DNA of 61,554 nt, counting the filler, from Thermodesulfobacteriota bacterium (GTDB lineage Bacteria; DASVDK01), in NCBI GenBank assembly GCA_036381125.1. It is 6 parts of 6 records of this genome, joined end to end, with 100 filler letters (N's around TTAATTAATTAA, not from the genome) between each part and the next. Parts side by side here need not be neighbours in the genome. Positions count along the whole stretch, not along the records: positions 24,549 to 49,022 come from DASVDK010000362.1; positions 49,123 to 53,970 come from DASVDK010000363.1; 4 more parts are not named here. The stretch is one strand, 5' to 3'. Of this stretch, positions 40,563 to 50,795 are shown in pieces. The stretch's first letter is position 1; every line of letters starts with the position of its first letter. Made by a program: the position numbers and the translations under genes. The notes beneath the pieces were generated by a model. It saw only the letters and a list, made by a program, of their open reading frames with translations. It ran no database searches and had not been told where the DNA came from.

Positions 40563-41555
40563 ATGAGACACTTCGCCGCACGCGCAACAGGGATTGTCGC
40601 CGCCGCTCTGATGCTCGCCTGGGCCGGACCCTCGTTGGCGCAGGACTACCCCAGCCGGGACATCACCTTCATCGTCCCGTTCAACCCCGGCGGCTCCACC
40701 GACCCACTGTCGCGAGCCTTCGCGGCTCAACTGGAGAAGACCCTTCCCGGCAACATCAACGTCGAGAACAGGCCGGGCGGGTCGGCCACCATCGGCACCA
40801 ACCTGGTCGTGCGCGCGAACCCGGACGGCTACACGATCGGGCTCGGCGACAGCGCCGCGCTGACCTATCAGCCGCTCGTCAACACCGGGCTCGCCTACAA
40901 GACCCCCGATGATTACCAGATCATCACGAAGCTGGCCGACGTCCCGGGCATGCTGCTCGTCCGCACGGAGGCTCCCTGGAAGACCTTCGACGATTTCATG
41001 GCCGACGTGAGGCGGAGGCCGGGCAAGATCCGGGTCGGCGTGTCGGGAGTGCGGTCGATCGCCGACCTCGTCGTCCAGCAGCTCAACCGGTCCGCCGGCG
41101 TCAAGATCGCCACGGTCCCGTTCACCGGCGGCGGAGGCGAAGCGTTGCTGGCGCTCCTGGGCGGCCGGATCGAGGCGGCGGTCGGGTACGGCGGAAACTC
41201 GATGGCCCAGGTCAATGCGGGCAAGCTCAGGGTCCTGGGGGTTTTCGCGAAGGGGAAGTACCCCCTCGCTCCGGACGCGACGTCCATCCCCGACGCGGGC
41301 TTCGACGCCACCCTGCCGGCCAGCTACACCGTGATCGCGCCCAAGGGCCTGCCGAAGGACATCCTGGACAGGCTCACGGAGGCCTCCAGGAAGGCCATGG
41401 AGAGCCGGGAGTTTCTGGCCTTTGCCGAGAAGAACGGCTTCGTGGTCGATCCCAAGGGCCCGGAGGAGGCGGTGGCCGAGCTTCGCGAGTTCGGCAAGGA
41501 GTTCGCCAGCCTCATCGAGTGGCTGGATCGGATCGAGGCGGGTGCTGCCAGGTGA
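40563..41555 (+). CDS. tctC: Tripartite tricarboxylate transporter substrate-binding protein (TctC/Bug)
   Basis: Signal peptide, YPSRDITFIVPFNPGGSTD, VENRPGG, PDGYTI. Confidence 0.93.
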   Translation: MRHFAARATGIVAAALMLAWAGPSLAQDYPSRDITFIVPFNPGGSTDPLSRAFAAQLEKTLPGNINVENRPGGSATIGTNLVVRANPDGYTIGLGDSAALTYQPLVNTGLAYKTPDDYQIITKLADVPGMLLVRTEAPWKTFDDFMADVRRRPGKIRVGVSGVRSIADLVVQQLNRSAGVKIATVPFTGGGGEALLALLGGRIEAAVGYGGNSMAQVNAGKLRVLGVFAKGKYPLAPDATSIPDAGFDATLPASYTVIAPKGLPKDILDRLTEASRKAMESREFLAFAEKNGFVVDPKGPEEAVAELREFGKEFASLIEWLDRIEAGAAR

Positions 41556-42025
41556 GCGGCGCTCCCGTTCGGAAGCGCACGGGGTACCTCGCCATAGGCG
41601 GAATCGGCGTGCTGCTCGCCGCCGCCTACCTCGGCATGGCGTTGCAGATGCCGTTCGGACGGTTGAGCCAGCCCGGGGCGGCGGTGTTCCCGCTCATCGT
41701 CGGTGGTTTGCTCGTGGTGGGCAGTCTGGCGACGATCTGGGAAGGCTGGAAGACAGGACCCGCCGAGCGGGTCGAGTTTCCGGCCGGAGCGGATCGCGCC
41801 CGCCTGCTCGGGGTCGTCGGGTTGCTGCTGGGCTACTTCGTGGCCCTACCGTGGCTCGGTCAGCTGCTCAGCAGCACCCTCTTCTGCATCCTGCTCATGC
41901 GTCTGCTGTCGAGCCTCGCGTGGCCGCGCGTGGCCCTGTACTCGATCCTCATCACGGGGACCCTGTACGCGGTGTTCATCCACCTGCTCGGGGTCCCGAT
42001 GCCGCGCGGTGTGCTGGCCGGATAA
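41552..42025 (+). CDS. tctB: TTT small membrane subunit TctB
   Basis: PGAAVFP, 4 TM, VFIHLLGVPMPRG. Confidence 0.88.
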   Translation: MSGAPVRKRTGYLAIGGIGVLLAAAYLGMALQMPFGRLSQPGAAVFPLIVGGLLVVGSLATIWEGWKTGPAERVEFPAGADRARLLGVVGLLLGYFVALPWLGQLLSSTLFCILLMRLLSSLAWPRVALYSILITGTLYAVFIHLLGVPMPRGVLAG

Positions 42026-42040
42026 CGAGGGGTCGGCCCG

Positions 42041-43567
42041 ATGAGTACGCTCGACGGCTTCCTGTACGGCCTCGGGGTGGTCCTGACGTACCAGAACCTG
42101 CTGGCCGCCCTCGCCGGCGCGCTTGCCGGCACCGCGATCGGCGTGCTGCCGGGGCTCGGCCCCGTCGCGGGCATCGCCATCCTCCTGCCGGTGACCTACT
42201 CGCTCAGCCCGAGCGCCGGCCTCATCATGATGGCCGGCATCTATTACGGCGCCCAGTACGGCGGATCGACGACGGCCATCCTGATCAACATGCCGGGTGA
42301 GTCCTCGTCCGTCATGACGAGCATCGACGGGTACCAGCTGACGAAGAGGGGCCGGGCAGGAGGCGTGCTCTCCATCGTCGCGATCGGCTCGTTCATCGGC
42401 GGCACGCTCTCCGGCGTGGGGGTCATGCTCTTCTCGCCGGTGCTGGCCGACTTCGCCATCCTCTTCGGCCCGGCGGAGTTCTTCGCGCTCACGGCCGGCG
42501 GCCTGCTGATCCTGTCACGGATCTCGGGCGGCTCGTTCGCGGCAGGCGTCTTCCCGATGGCCATCGGCCTCGCCCTGAGCACCGTCGGCGAGGAGCCCGT
42601 GACGGCCCAGAATCGCTTCACCTTCGGCGTGAACGATCTGAGGCAAGGCGTCGAGATCGCGGCTCTCGTGGTCGGGCTGTACGGCCTGGCCGAGATCATG
42701 AGCGTCGTCGAGGAGCTCAGACGTCGGCCGAAGCCGATCGGGGTCAGCTTGCGCGAGATGCTGCCCAGGCGCGACGAGATCCGGCGCGCCTGGGCCCCGT
42801 ACGGGCGCGGGACGGTCCTGGGGTTCATTTTCGGGCTGCTGCCCGGCCCCTCCGCGACCCTGTCGAGCTTCGCGAGCTATCGGCTGGAAAAGGCGGTGTC
42901 CCGATATCGGCACGAGATCGGCCACGGCGCCATCGAGGGGGTGGCCGGCCCCGAGACGTCCAACAACGCGGCGGCCACCTCCTCGATGGCGCCTTTGCTC
43001 GCGCTCGGCATTCCGTTCGGTGCGAGTACCGCGTTGATGCTCGCCGCCCTGATGGTGCATGGCGTCCAGCCCGGCCCGCTCCTGCTGTCGAACCACCCGG
43101 AAGTGTTCTGGGGCGTGATCGCGTCGCTGCTGATCGGGAACATCGTGCTCCTGATCCTCAACATCCCGCTGATCGGCGTCTGGGTCAGCCTGTTGCGAAT
43201 CCCGAATCACGTCTTCCTGCCGTTGATCCTGATCCTGGCGGCGATCGGGTCGTACAGCGTGCGCAACAGCATGCTCGACGTCTACGTGTTCCTGCTCCTG
43301 GGCTGCATCGGCTACGTGCTGCGGAAGTTCGACTTCGAGCTGGCTCCGATGGTCGTGGGTTTCGTGCTCGGACCGCTCATCGAGAAGCACATGCGGGAGG
43401 CGCTGTTCATGAGCCTGGGGGACGTCTCGGTCTTCTACAGCAGCCCGATCGCCATCGGGATCTGGACGTCCGTGCTCCTGATCATGGCGTTCGGCTTGCA
43501 GCGGGCGATGTTTCGGAGGCTCCTCGGGATCTATCGGAACAGGACAGCTCCGGGCAACTCCGGATGA
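42041..43567 (+). CDS. tctA: TTT large membrane subunit TctA
   Basis: GVLPGLGP, IYYGAQYGGS..AILIN.PG, GVAGPETSNNA, GVQPGP. Confidence 0.95.
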   Translation: MSTLDGFLYGLGVVLTYQNLLAALAGALAGTAIGVLPGLGPVAGIAILLPVTYSLSPSAGLIMMAGIYYGAQYGGSTTAILINMPGESSSVMTSIDGYQLTKRGRAGGVLSIVAIGSFIGGTLSGVGVMLFSPVLADFAILFGPAEFFALTAGGLLILSRISGGSFAAGVFPMAIGLALSTVGEEPVTAQNRFTFGVNDLRQGVEIAALVVGLYGLAEIMSVVEELRRRPKPIGVSLREMLPRRDEIRRAWAPYGRGTVLGFIFGLLPGPSATLSSFASYRLEKAVSRYRHEIGHGAIEGVAGPETSNNAAATSSMAPLLALGIPFGASTALMLAALMVHGVQPGPLLLSNHPEVFWGVIASLLIGNIVLLILNIPLIGVWVSLLRIPNHVFLPLILILAAIGSYSVRNSMLDVYVFLLLGCIGYVLRKFDFELAPMVVGFVLGPLIEKHMREALFMSLGDVSVFYSSPIAIGIWTSVLLIMAFGLQRAMFRRLLGIYRNRTAPGNSG

Positions 43568-43941
43568 CGTACGTCCTCGGGCCCGGACGCATCGGGCCGA
43601 GTGCCGCGCCGGCCACGGGCCGGCAGGATCGCAGCTCGCTTCGCTGGTTCAGCAGGGCGTAGGTTATACTGCGACCGGGCCGACCGACGTGACGAGCTCC
43701 GCGCGCGGGAGCCGGCGGTGAAGAAGAACATCGGGTCTGTCGGACCGGGCGCGCGCGCCGAGACGACGGCAAGCGGGGGACGCGGAGGCGTCCGTCTCCC
43801 GTCGACCAGACCGCCGTCTCGGGCCGCCGCCAGGCCCGCACCGGGAGATCGGCGACCGGCCGCGACACGCGGCCCGGTGCGACCGCCTCGAGGCGGCTCG
43901 GCTCACGCGCGATGTGCCGGGCCCACTCTGGCAATGGAGCC

Positions 43942-44718
43942 ATGAAGCAGACATTGCCGAACGTGCCGAAGCGCTCGCAGCCGGCGGCCGAGCATGCCTA
44001 CTCGGTCCTTCGCAACGCGATCTGCGAAGGCCGCCTGCCGCCGGGCCGGCGCATCCGGGAGACCGAGCTGGCCGACTGGCTCGGGGTCAGCCGCACCCCG
44101 GTCCGCGAGGCGCTGGGCCGCCTCGAGTCGGAAGGCCTCGTGCGGCTCGAGCCGCGCGTCGGCCTCGTGGTCGCGTCGCTCGACGCCGCGGCCATCGCCG
44201 AGCTGTACGACGTGCGGGCCGCCCTCGAGGGGACCGCGGCGGCCCTGGCCGCCCGCAACGCCTCGGGCACCGAGATCGCCATGCTCGCCTCCATGCTGGA
44301 GGCCGAGCGCCGGCTGCCGGACGATCCGCGCGTGCTCGCCCGCCACAACGCCCAGTTCCACGAGGCGATCCGCAACGCCGCGCACAACCGCTTCCTGTTC
44401 AAGAGCCTCGGCGCCATCCACGACGCCATGGCGCTGCTCGGCCGGACCACCCTGGCCTGGCCCGGCCGCCGCGCCGCCGCGCTCGAGGAGCACACCCGGA
44501 TCATCGAGGCCATCTCGGCGCGCGACCCGGCCCGCGCCGAGCCGGCCGCCCGCGAGCACGTCCTCGCCGCCTATCACATCCGCCTGGCGATGCGGGAAGA
44601 GGAGGCGACCGGTGCGGCCGGGATTTCCGGCATGCCGGAGGGCGGCAGGGGGGTCGGGCTCCCGCGGGCGCGGGCGCGACGACGTCGAAGGACTCCGCGC
44701 AAGTCGGGCGGAGCGTGA
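43942..44718 (+). CDS. GntR family (FCD) transcriptional regulator
   Basis: PGRRIRETELA..LGVSRTPVREAL, VRAALEG, NAQFH, EHTRIIEAI. Confidence 0.93.
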   Translation: MKQTLPNVPKRSQPAAEHAYSVLRNAICEGRLPPGRRIRETELADWLGVSRTPVREALGRLESEGLVRLEPRVGLVVASLDAAAIAELYDVRAALEGTAAALAARNASGTEIAMLASMLEAERRLPDDPRVLARHNAQFHEAIRNAAHNRFLFKSLGAIHDAMALLGRTTLAWPGRRAAALEEHTRIIEAISARDPARAEPAAREHVLAAYHIRLAMREEEATGAAGISGMPEGGRGVGLPRARARRRRRTPRKSGGA

Positions 44719-44755
44719 GCCAACACGAGCTGGTGAAGCAGAGGAGGGCTCTTCC

Positions 44756-45817
44756 ATGATGGGCATCTTGGCGACCGTGCGGAAGTGGCGGCACACCGTC
44801 TTCGCGACCGTCGCGTTTGCGGCGGTTTTCTTCGGCGCGGCGACGCCCGCGCCGGCCCAGGGCTCCTGGTCCGACGTCGAGGCGGCGGCGAAGCGGGAGG
44901 GGGCGCTCACCTTCTATCACAACATGCGGCCGGCCGGCGCCGAGCCGTTCCTGCAGAAGTTCCGGGAGGCCCATCCCGAGATCCGGGCCGAGCAGGTGCG
45001 CCTCGGCAGCGCCCCGCTCATCGAGCGCTTCGCGACCGAGTTCGCCGCGGGACGGCACATCGCGGACGTCGTCCTCACCTTCCCCGACGAGCGGATCTAC
45101 GAGGGGATGAAGCAGGGGTGGATGGAGAAGTGGACGCCGCCGGAGCTCGGGGCGTTCCCCGCCTCGGTCAACATCGACAACCAGATGTTCGCCGTCCAGA
45201 CGGCGCGCGAGGCGATCGTCTACAACAAGAACCGGGTCAAGCGGAACGAGATCCCCACCGAGTGGACCGACCTCTTCGATCCGAAGTACAAGGGCCGGAT
45301 CGGCATGAACCCGCCCTGGCGCTCCGTGGCGGTGCAGCAGGTGATCGCCTTCTGGCAGGACAACGGGATCAAGGACGCCGCCGAGCGCCTCAAGGCCAAC
45401 AACGTCCGCTTCTTCGAGGGCTCGGGCGGCATCATGCAGGCGGTCATCCGGGGCGACATCGACGTCGCCCACATCACGGACCTCCCGGTCAACCCGGCCC
45501 TGGCCGACGGCGCGCCGATCGGCGTCGTGTACCCGAAGTCCGGGACGACCCTCTCCAACGCCTACGTGTTCGTCGCCAGGCGGGCGCCGCACCCGAACGC
45601 GGCGAAGGTCTTCGTCAACTGGCTCATGACGCGAGAGGGTCAGGAGGCGCTCCAGACCTACGGGGGCCTGTCGGTCACGCGCAAGGACGCGCCGCCGCTC
45701 TCCCACCTCCCGGCGACCTCGCAGCTCAGCAACGCCGTGGACGGCGAGAAGCTCCTCACCCCCGCACGCCAGAAGCAGATCGTCGACCACTGGCGCCAGA
45801 CCTTCGGCATTCGCTGA
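44756..45817 (+). CDS. ABC substrate-binding protein (Fe3+/thiamine/polyamine superfamily)
   Basis: Signal peptide, AAKREGAL.FY, YNKN.V, PTEWTDL.DPKYKG, APHPNAAKVFVNWL. Confidence 0.9.
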   Translation: MMGILATVRKWRHTVFATVAFAAVFFGAATPAPAQGSWSDVEAAAKREGALTFYHNMRPAGAEPFLQKFREAHPEIRAEQVRLGSAPLIERFATEFAAGRHIADVVLTFPDERIYEGMKQGWMEKWTPPELGAFPASVNIDNQMFAVQTAREAIVYNKNRVKRNEIPTEWTDLFDPKYKGRIGMNPPWRSVAVQQVIAFWQDNGIKDAAERLKANNVRFFEGSGGIMQAVIRGDIDVAHITDLPVNPALADGAPIGVVYPKSGTTLSNAYVFVARRAPHPNAAKVFVNWLMTREGQEALQTYGGLSVTRKDAPPLSHLPATSQLSNAVDGEKLLTPARQKQIVDHWRQTFGIR

Positions 45818-45896
45818 TCCCGGAGGGCCGCGGCCTTGCGGCCGCGGCCCCACCACCGGCCGCGAGCCGGCCGGCCATGCCGACGGAGGGGAGAGC

Positions 45897-47642
45897 ATGT
45901 CCGAGAAGACGTTCGGGGCGACGCCCGTGAAGACCGGCGCGAGCCGGGCGCGTGTGTCGAGGCTCGGCCGCGCCCTCCCGGACGGCTCCCTCACGGCGCT
46001 CTACGGCGCCACCTTCGCGATCGTCCTCTTCCTCGTCACGGTCCCCATCGGGGCGCTGGTCTACGGCAGCCTGCGGACCAGCGCCCCCGGCATGCCCGGC
46101 GAGTGGACGATCGCCAACTGGGTCAACCTCGCCACGACCGGGGTGGTCGGCTCGATCTTCACGACGCTCTACATCGCCCTCCTCACCTCGGTCTTCGCCA
46201 TCGCGATCGGCACGGCGATCGCCATCGTCGTCCACCGCACCGACTTCAGGTACCCCAACCTCGTCACCGCCCTCGTCGGCCTGGCCTTCTACCTGCCGTC
46301 CTTCATCCTGGCGATGGCCTGGATCATCATCGGCTCGCGCGGGGGCGTGCTCAACCAGTTCCTGCAGGGCGTCCTCGGCCTCGAGAACGTCGAGGTGGAC
46401 ATCTACACCGTGGCGGGGATCGTCTTCGTCATGGTGCTGCACCAGGTGCCCTTCGTCTACCTCACCATGCGCGGGCCGATCATGGGCATGGACCCGGTCT
46501 ACGAGGAGGCGGCGCGCACGGCGGGCGCGACGCCGGTCCAGGTGCTCTTCCGGGTGACGCTCCCGCTGCTCGGCTACCCGATCATCTCGAGCTTCATCCT
46601 CACGTTCATCGTCTCGCTGGAGCAGTTCGCCATTCCGGCGCTCATCGGCATCCCGGGGCACGTCACGGTGCTGGCGACCCAGCTCTACCTCCTCTGCCGG
46701 TTCCCGCCGGTGGACTACGGCCTCGCGGCGGCCATCGGCCTCGCCCTCAGCGCCCTGACCGGCGTCGCCATCTGGGCGCAGCGCCGCGTGGCGCGGGGCG
46801 CTCGTCTGGTCACGGTCACGGGCAAGGCCGGCCGCCTCGCGCCGATCCGGTTGGGCCGGTGGCGGTGGCCCGCCTACCTCCTCTGCTTCGGGTTCGTCGT
46901 CCTGTCGCTCGCGCTCCCGGCGGTGATCCTCGTCTACACGTCGCTGCTCAAGTGGTTCACGGCGAACCCCATGGAGGGCATGTACACGCTGCGCAACTAC
47001 GTCTTCATCTGGAACAGCCCGGCCACCATGCGCAGCATCTGGAACACGCTCGTCGTCTCGGGCGTCGGGGCGGCCATCGGCGTCGTCCTCGCGCTCTCCT
47101 GCTCCTACTTCACCCTGCGGCTCACGCCGCCCGGCCACCGCGCGCTCGACCTCTCGGCGACGCTCCCGTTCGGCGTGCCCGGCATCGTCGTGGGGCTCGG
47201 CCTCCTGTGGGCGTACGCCTACCTGCCGCTGCCGCTCTACGGGACGCTGTCGATCATCGTCCTCGCCTTCGTCACGCGCTTCCTCCCCTACGCCACGGAG
47301 GCGATCGGCGGCCAGATGGTCCAGATCGACCGCAGCCTCGAGGAGGCCGCCTGGACCTCCGGCGCCACGCGCCTCCAGGGGGCGGCCCGCATCATCCTCC
47401 CGATCGCCTTCCCGGCGGTCCAGAGCGCGTACTTCCTCCTCTTCATGGCGTTCTTCCGGGAGATCTCCTCGGCGATCCTCCTCTTCACCGCGTCGACGTC
47501 GGTGATCTCGATCGCGATCTGGACCTTCTTCGAGCAGGCCAACTGGGGGCAGGCGAGCGCCCTGTCGGTCGTCACCATGGGCATCATCTTCGTCGTCATC
47601 GCGGTCATCCTGCAGGTGCGGCCGAGGCTGCGCCGGGCGTGA
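45897..47642 (+). CDS. ABC permease with two TM domains (FbpB-like)
   Basis: Two EAA loops (YEEAARTAGA; LEEAAWTSGA). Confidence 0.92.
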   Translation: MSEKTFGATPVKTGASRARVSRLGRALPDGSLTALYGATFAIVLFLVTVPIGALVYGSLRTSAPGMPGEWTIANWVNLATTGVVGSIFTTLYIALLTSVFAIAIGTAIAIVVHRTDFRYPNLVTALVGLAFYLPSFILAMAWIIIGSRGGVLNQFLQGVLGLENVEVDIYTVAGIVFVMVLHQVPFVYLTMRGPIMGMDPVYEEAARTAGATPVQVLFRVTLPLLGYPIISSFILTFIVSLEQFAIPALIGIPGHVTVLATQLYLLCRFPPVDYGLAAAIGLALSALTGVAIWAQRRVARGARLVTVTGKAGRLAPIRLGRWRWPAYLLCFGFVVLSLALPAVILVYTSLLKWFTANPMEGMYTLRNYVFIWNSPATMRSIWNTLVVSGVGAAIGVVLALSCSYFTLRLTPPGHRALDLSATLPFGVPGIVVGLGLLWAYAYLPLPLYGTLSIIVLAFVTRFLPYATEAIGGQMVQIDRSLEEAAWTSGATRLQGAARIILPIAFPAVQSAYFLLFMAFFREISSAILLFTASTSVISIAIWTFFEQANWGQASALSVVTMGIIFVVIAVILQVRPRLRRA

Positions 47643-47673
47643 CGGCGGGAACGGACCACGCGTCGAGGTCGGC

Positions 47674-48759
47674 ATGAGCATCAAGATCGAGCACGTGACC
47701 AAGGTCTACGGGTCGACGGCGGTCGTCGACGACATCTCGTTCGAGGTGGCGCGCGGCGAGTTCGTGAGCCTGCTCGGCCCCTCCGGCTGCGGCAAGACCA
47801 CGACGCTCCGCTGCGTGGCCGGCCTCGAGGAGCCGACCAGCGGCACGATCGCCATCGCCGGCGAGGTCGTCTCGGCGCCGGCGGCCGGCACCATGGTGCC
47901 GCCCCACGAGCGCGCCCTCGGCATGGTCTTCCAGTCCTACGCGATCTGGCCGCACATGACCGTCGAGGACAACGTGGCGTTCCCGCTCCGGATCCGCAAG
48001 GCGCCGGCGCGCGAGATCGCCGAGCGGGTCGAGTGGGCGCTCGGCATCGTCGGCCTCTCCCACCTCAAGGCGCGGCAGCCCTCGCAACTCTCCGGCGGGC
48101 AGCAGCAGCGCGTCGCGCTCGCCCGGGCCATCGTCGGCCGGCCGTCGGTCCTCCTCTTCGACGAGCCGCTCAGCAACCTCGACGCGAAGCTGCGCGAGAG
48201 CACCCGGGCCGAGCTGCGCCGGCTGCAGCGCGAGCTGGACATCGCCGCCCTCTACGTCACGCACGATCAGGCCGAGGCGCTCTCCATGTCCGATCGCGTC
48301 ATCGTGATGGAGGCCGGCCGGATCGTGCAGGTGGGAACGCCGAAGGACCTCTACCGGCGGCCCGCGAACCGCTTCGTGGCCGACTTCGTGGGGTCCGCCA
48401 ACTTCGTGGAGGTGCGCCTCGCGGACGACCGGTCGGCCTGGCTCCTGCCCGACGGCAGCCGCGTCCAGGTCGAGGGCGGCACGGACGGCTCGGCACCCGG
48501 CACGGTCCGGCAGATGCTCCTCCGCCCGCAGGCGATCCACCTGCGCGTGGCCGGGTCGCCGCGTCACCTCGATGCGAGCCGGGCCAACGTGCTGCGCGGT
48601 CGAGTGCAGGACGCCCTGTACATGGGCCCCTACACCGAGTACACGGTCGCCGCCGGCGGGGCGGTCCTCAAGGTCTCGTCGGCGGACGACTTCGAGGCCG
48701 GAACGGAAGTGGAGCTCGAGTTCTCGCCGGCGAGCTGCCCCCTGCTCCCCACCACCTGA
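47674..48759 (+). CDS. ABC ATPase (FbpC/PotA-like) with TOBE domain
   Basis: GPSGCGKTT, LSGGQQQRVALARA, DEPLSNLDAKLR. Confidence 0.95.
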   Translation: MSIKIEHVTKVYGSTAVVDDISFEVARGEFVSLLGPSGCGKTTTLRCVAGLEEPTSGTIAIAGEVVSAPAAGTMVPPHERALGMVFQSYAIWPHMTVEDNVAFPLRIRKAPAREIAERVEWALGIVGLSHLKARQPSQLSGGQQQRVALARAIVGRPSVLLFDEPLSNLDAKLRESTRAELRRLQRELDIAALYVTHDQAEALSMSDRVIVMEAGRIVQVGTPKDLYRRPANRFVADFVGSANFVEVRLADDRSAWLLPDGSRVQVEGGTDGSAPGTVRQMLLRPQAIHLRVAGSPRHLDASRANVLRGRVQDALYMGPYTEYTVAAGGAVLKVSSADDFEAGTEVELEFSPASCPLLPTT

Positions 48760-49022
48760 CCCGGCGGCGCGGGGCCTCCCCGCGATGCGCGTCCTCGCAC
48801 GCCCTCACCTCGGAGCCGACCCCGGGGGCCCTCGACTTCCTGACCCCCCGCCTCGACCCCGAGCGGACCGTCGTCTTCGCCCCCACCCCCGCCGGCCTCC
48901 TCGAGCGTGCGGTCGCCTGCCCGGTCCTCCAGGCGGCGGACATTGTCCTCTACCGGGCCGACGCGTCGACCGGCGACTCGGGAGGCCGGTACCGTCGCGG
49001 CCATGCCCCGCCCCCGGGGTCC

Positions 49023-49122
49023 NNNNNNNNNNNNNNNNNNNNNNNNNNNNNNNNNNNNNNNNNNNNTTAATTAATTAANNNNNNNNNNNNNNNNNNNNNN
49101 NNNNNNNNNNNNNNNNNNNNNN
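49023..49122. other. Artificial contig spacer
   Basis: N44-TTAATTAATTAA-N44. Confidence 0.99.
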
Positions 49123-49334
49123 GCGCGGACCCTCCGTCCGAGCGTGACCTCGCGCCCGGCCGCCACGAGGTCCCCGGCCACCTCCGCGTCGACCGTCACC
49201 GACCGCCCGGCCACGTACAGGTCGTCGGCAAAGCGGCCGGTGCGGACCGCCTCGGTCTGGAACGGCGGGGGCGCCGCGGCGGCCCGGTCCGCGAGGAGCG
49301 CGACGGCAATGACGGCGAGGGCAGCGCGGAGCAT
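49123..49334 (-). CDS. Exported protein with beta-helix/bactofilin-like repeats, N-terminal part (3' truncated)
   Basis: Signal peptide MLRAALAVIAVALLADRAAA, then DDLYVAGRSVTVDAEVAGDLVAAGREVTL repeats. Confidence 0.65.
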
Positions 49335-49558
49335 GGCGGCGCGGCGATCCCTCCCGGCGTCCTTTCGGGTCACGACCTGCGTCCCGGCGCGCCCATCGAG
49401 CGCGGCGGCCGGCAGGCGCTCGAGCCAGCGCACGGCCGGCCACCCCGAACTGTAGCGCGACCCGACCGACGTCGGTGAGGTCGAGGCGGCCCGAGGCGCC
49501 GAGACGATCGGCCGCGAGGGCGCCCGCGCCGGGAGCGGCCGGGGACGCCCGCCGCCGC

Positions 49559-50791
49559 TCAGGCCGCGTCCCGCTCGAGCGGGCACGACAGGCAGCGCGG
49601 CCCGCCCCGCCCCCGGCCGAGCTCCGACCCGGCGATCGTGACGACCTCGACCCCTTCGCGCCGCAGCCGGGTGTTCGTGTCGACGTTCCGCTCGTAGGCG
49701 ATGACCAGGCCCGGCGCGACGGCCAGGACGTTGTTGCCGTCGTCCCACTGCTCCCGCTCCGCGGCGAAGCGGTCGCCGCCGGTCTCGATCACCCGGACGC
49801 GCGGCAGGTCGAGCGCCCGCGCAACGGCCGCGAAGAGGTCGTCCTCGGCGGTGACGGCGAGCCCGCGCGGGCCGGGCGTGATCCGCCAGGTCCCGAGCCG
49901 CCCGCGCAGCTCCGGGTACACGGTGAACATGTCGCGATCGACCATGGTCAGCACGGTGTCGAGGTGCATCGTGCTGCGCTCGCGCGGCAGCTCCACGGCG
50001 AGCAGCGCCCGGGCGGCGCCGGCCGAGAAGAGCCGGGCCGCGAGGAGCTCCACTGCCGCCGGCCGCGTCCGCTCCCCCATGCCGACCAGGACGGTCCCGT
50101 TGCCGATCACCAGCACGTCGCCCCCCTCGAGCTGCATCGGCGCGGCGAGGCCGTCGCTCCAGACCTCGTGGGCGCCGCCCGCGAAGAGCGGGTGGTGCCG
50201 GTAGACCGCCTCGACGTGGAGCGACTCCCGCTTGCGCGCCGGCTTCGCCATGGCGTTGATCGTCACGCCGCCGAAGATCCAGCAGGACGTGTCGCGCGTG
50301 AACATCTGGTTCGGCAGCGGCGGCAGGACGAAGCCGGACGGCACGACGCGGGCGGCGAGGGCGTCGCTGCGGAAGGGCAGCTCCTCGGGCGCGACGCCGC
50401 CGACGAGCCGCTCCGCGAGGTCGGGCGCCGGCATGGCGAGGAACCACTCGCGCACGGCCGGCGCGAGCGTCGGCCCCAGGAAGTGCGACGCGAGCGTCCG
50501 CTCCACGACCTCGAGCCGCACCTCGGGTCGCTCGAGGACCTCCGCGAGGAGGTCGCCCAGGTAGAGCACCTCGACGCCTCGCTCCCGAAGGGCGTCCGCG
50601 AACGCGTCGTGCTCCTGCCTGGCCCGCTTCACCCACAGGACGTCGTCGAAGAGGAGCGCCTCCTTGTTGCTCGGCGTGAGCCGCTTGAGCTCGAGGTCCG
50701 GGCGGTGGAGGAGGACGCGCGCGAGGCGGCCCACCTCGGATCCGACGTGGAGTCGCCCCGCGCGCGGCGAGACCCGCGGCCCGACCGTCAC
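49559..50791 (-). CDS. arcA: Arginine deiminase
   Basis: [48 protein letters not shown]. Confidence 0.96.
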   Translation of the reverse strand: MTVGPRVSPRAGRLHVGSEVGRLARVLLHRPDLELKRLTPSNKEALLFDDVLWVKRARQEHDAFADALRERGVEVLYLGDLLAEVLERPEVRLEVVERTLASHFLGPTLAPAVREWFLAMPAPDLAERLVGGVAPEELPFRSDALAARVVPSGFVLPPLPNQMFTRDTSCWIFGGVTINAMAKPARKRESLHVEAVYRHHPLFAGGAHEVWSDGLAAPMQLEGGDVLVIGNGTVLVGMGERTRPAAVELLAARLFSAGAARALLAVELPRERSTMHLDTVLTMVDRDMFTVYPELRGRLGTWRITPGPRGLAVTAEDDLFAAVARALDLPRVRVIETGGDRFAAEREQWDDGNNVLAVAPGLVIAYERNVDTNTRLRREGVEVVTIAGSELGRGRGGPRCLSCPLERDAA

Positions 50792-50795
50792 GGCG

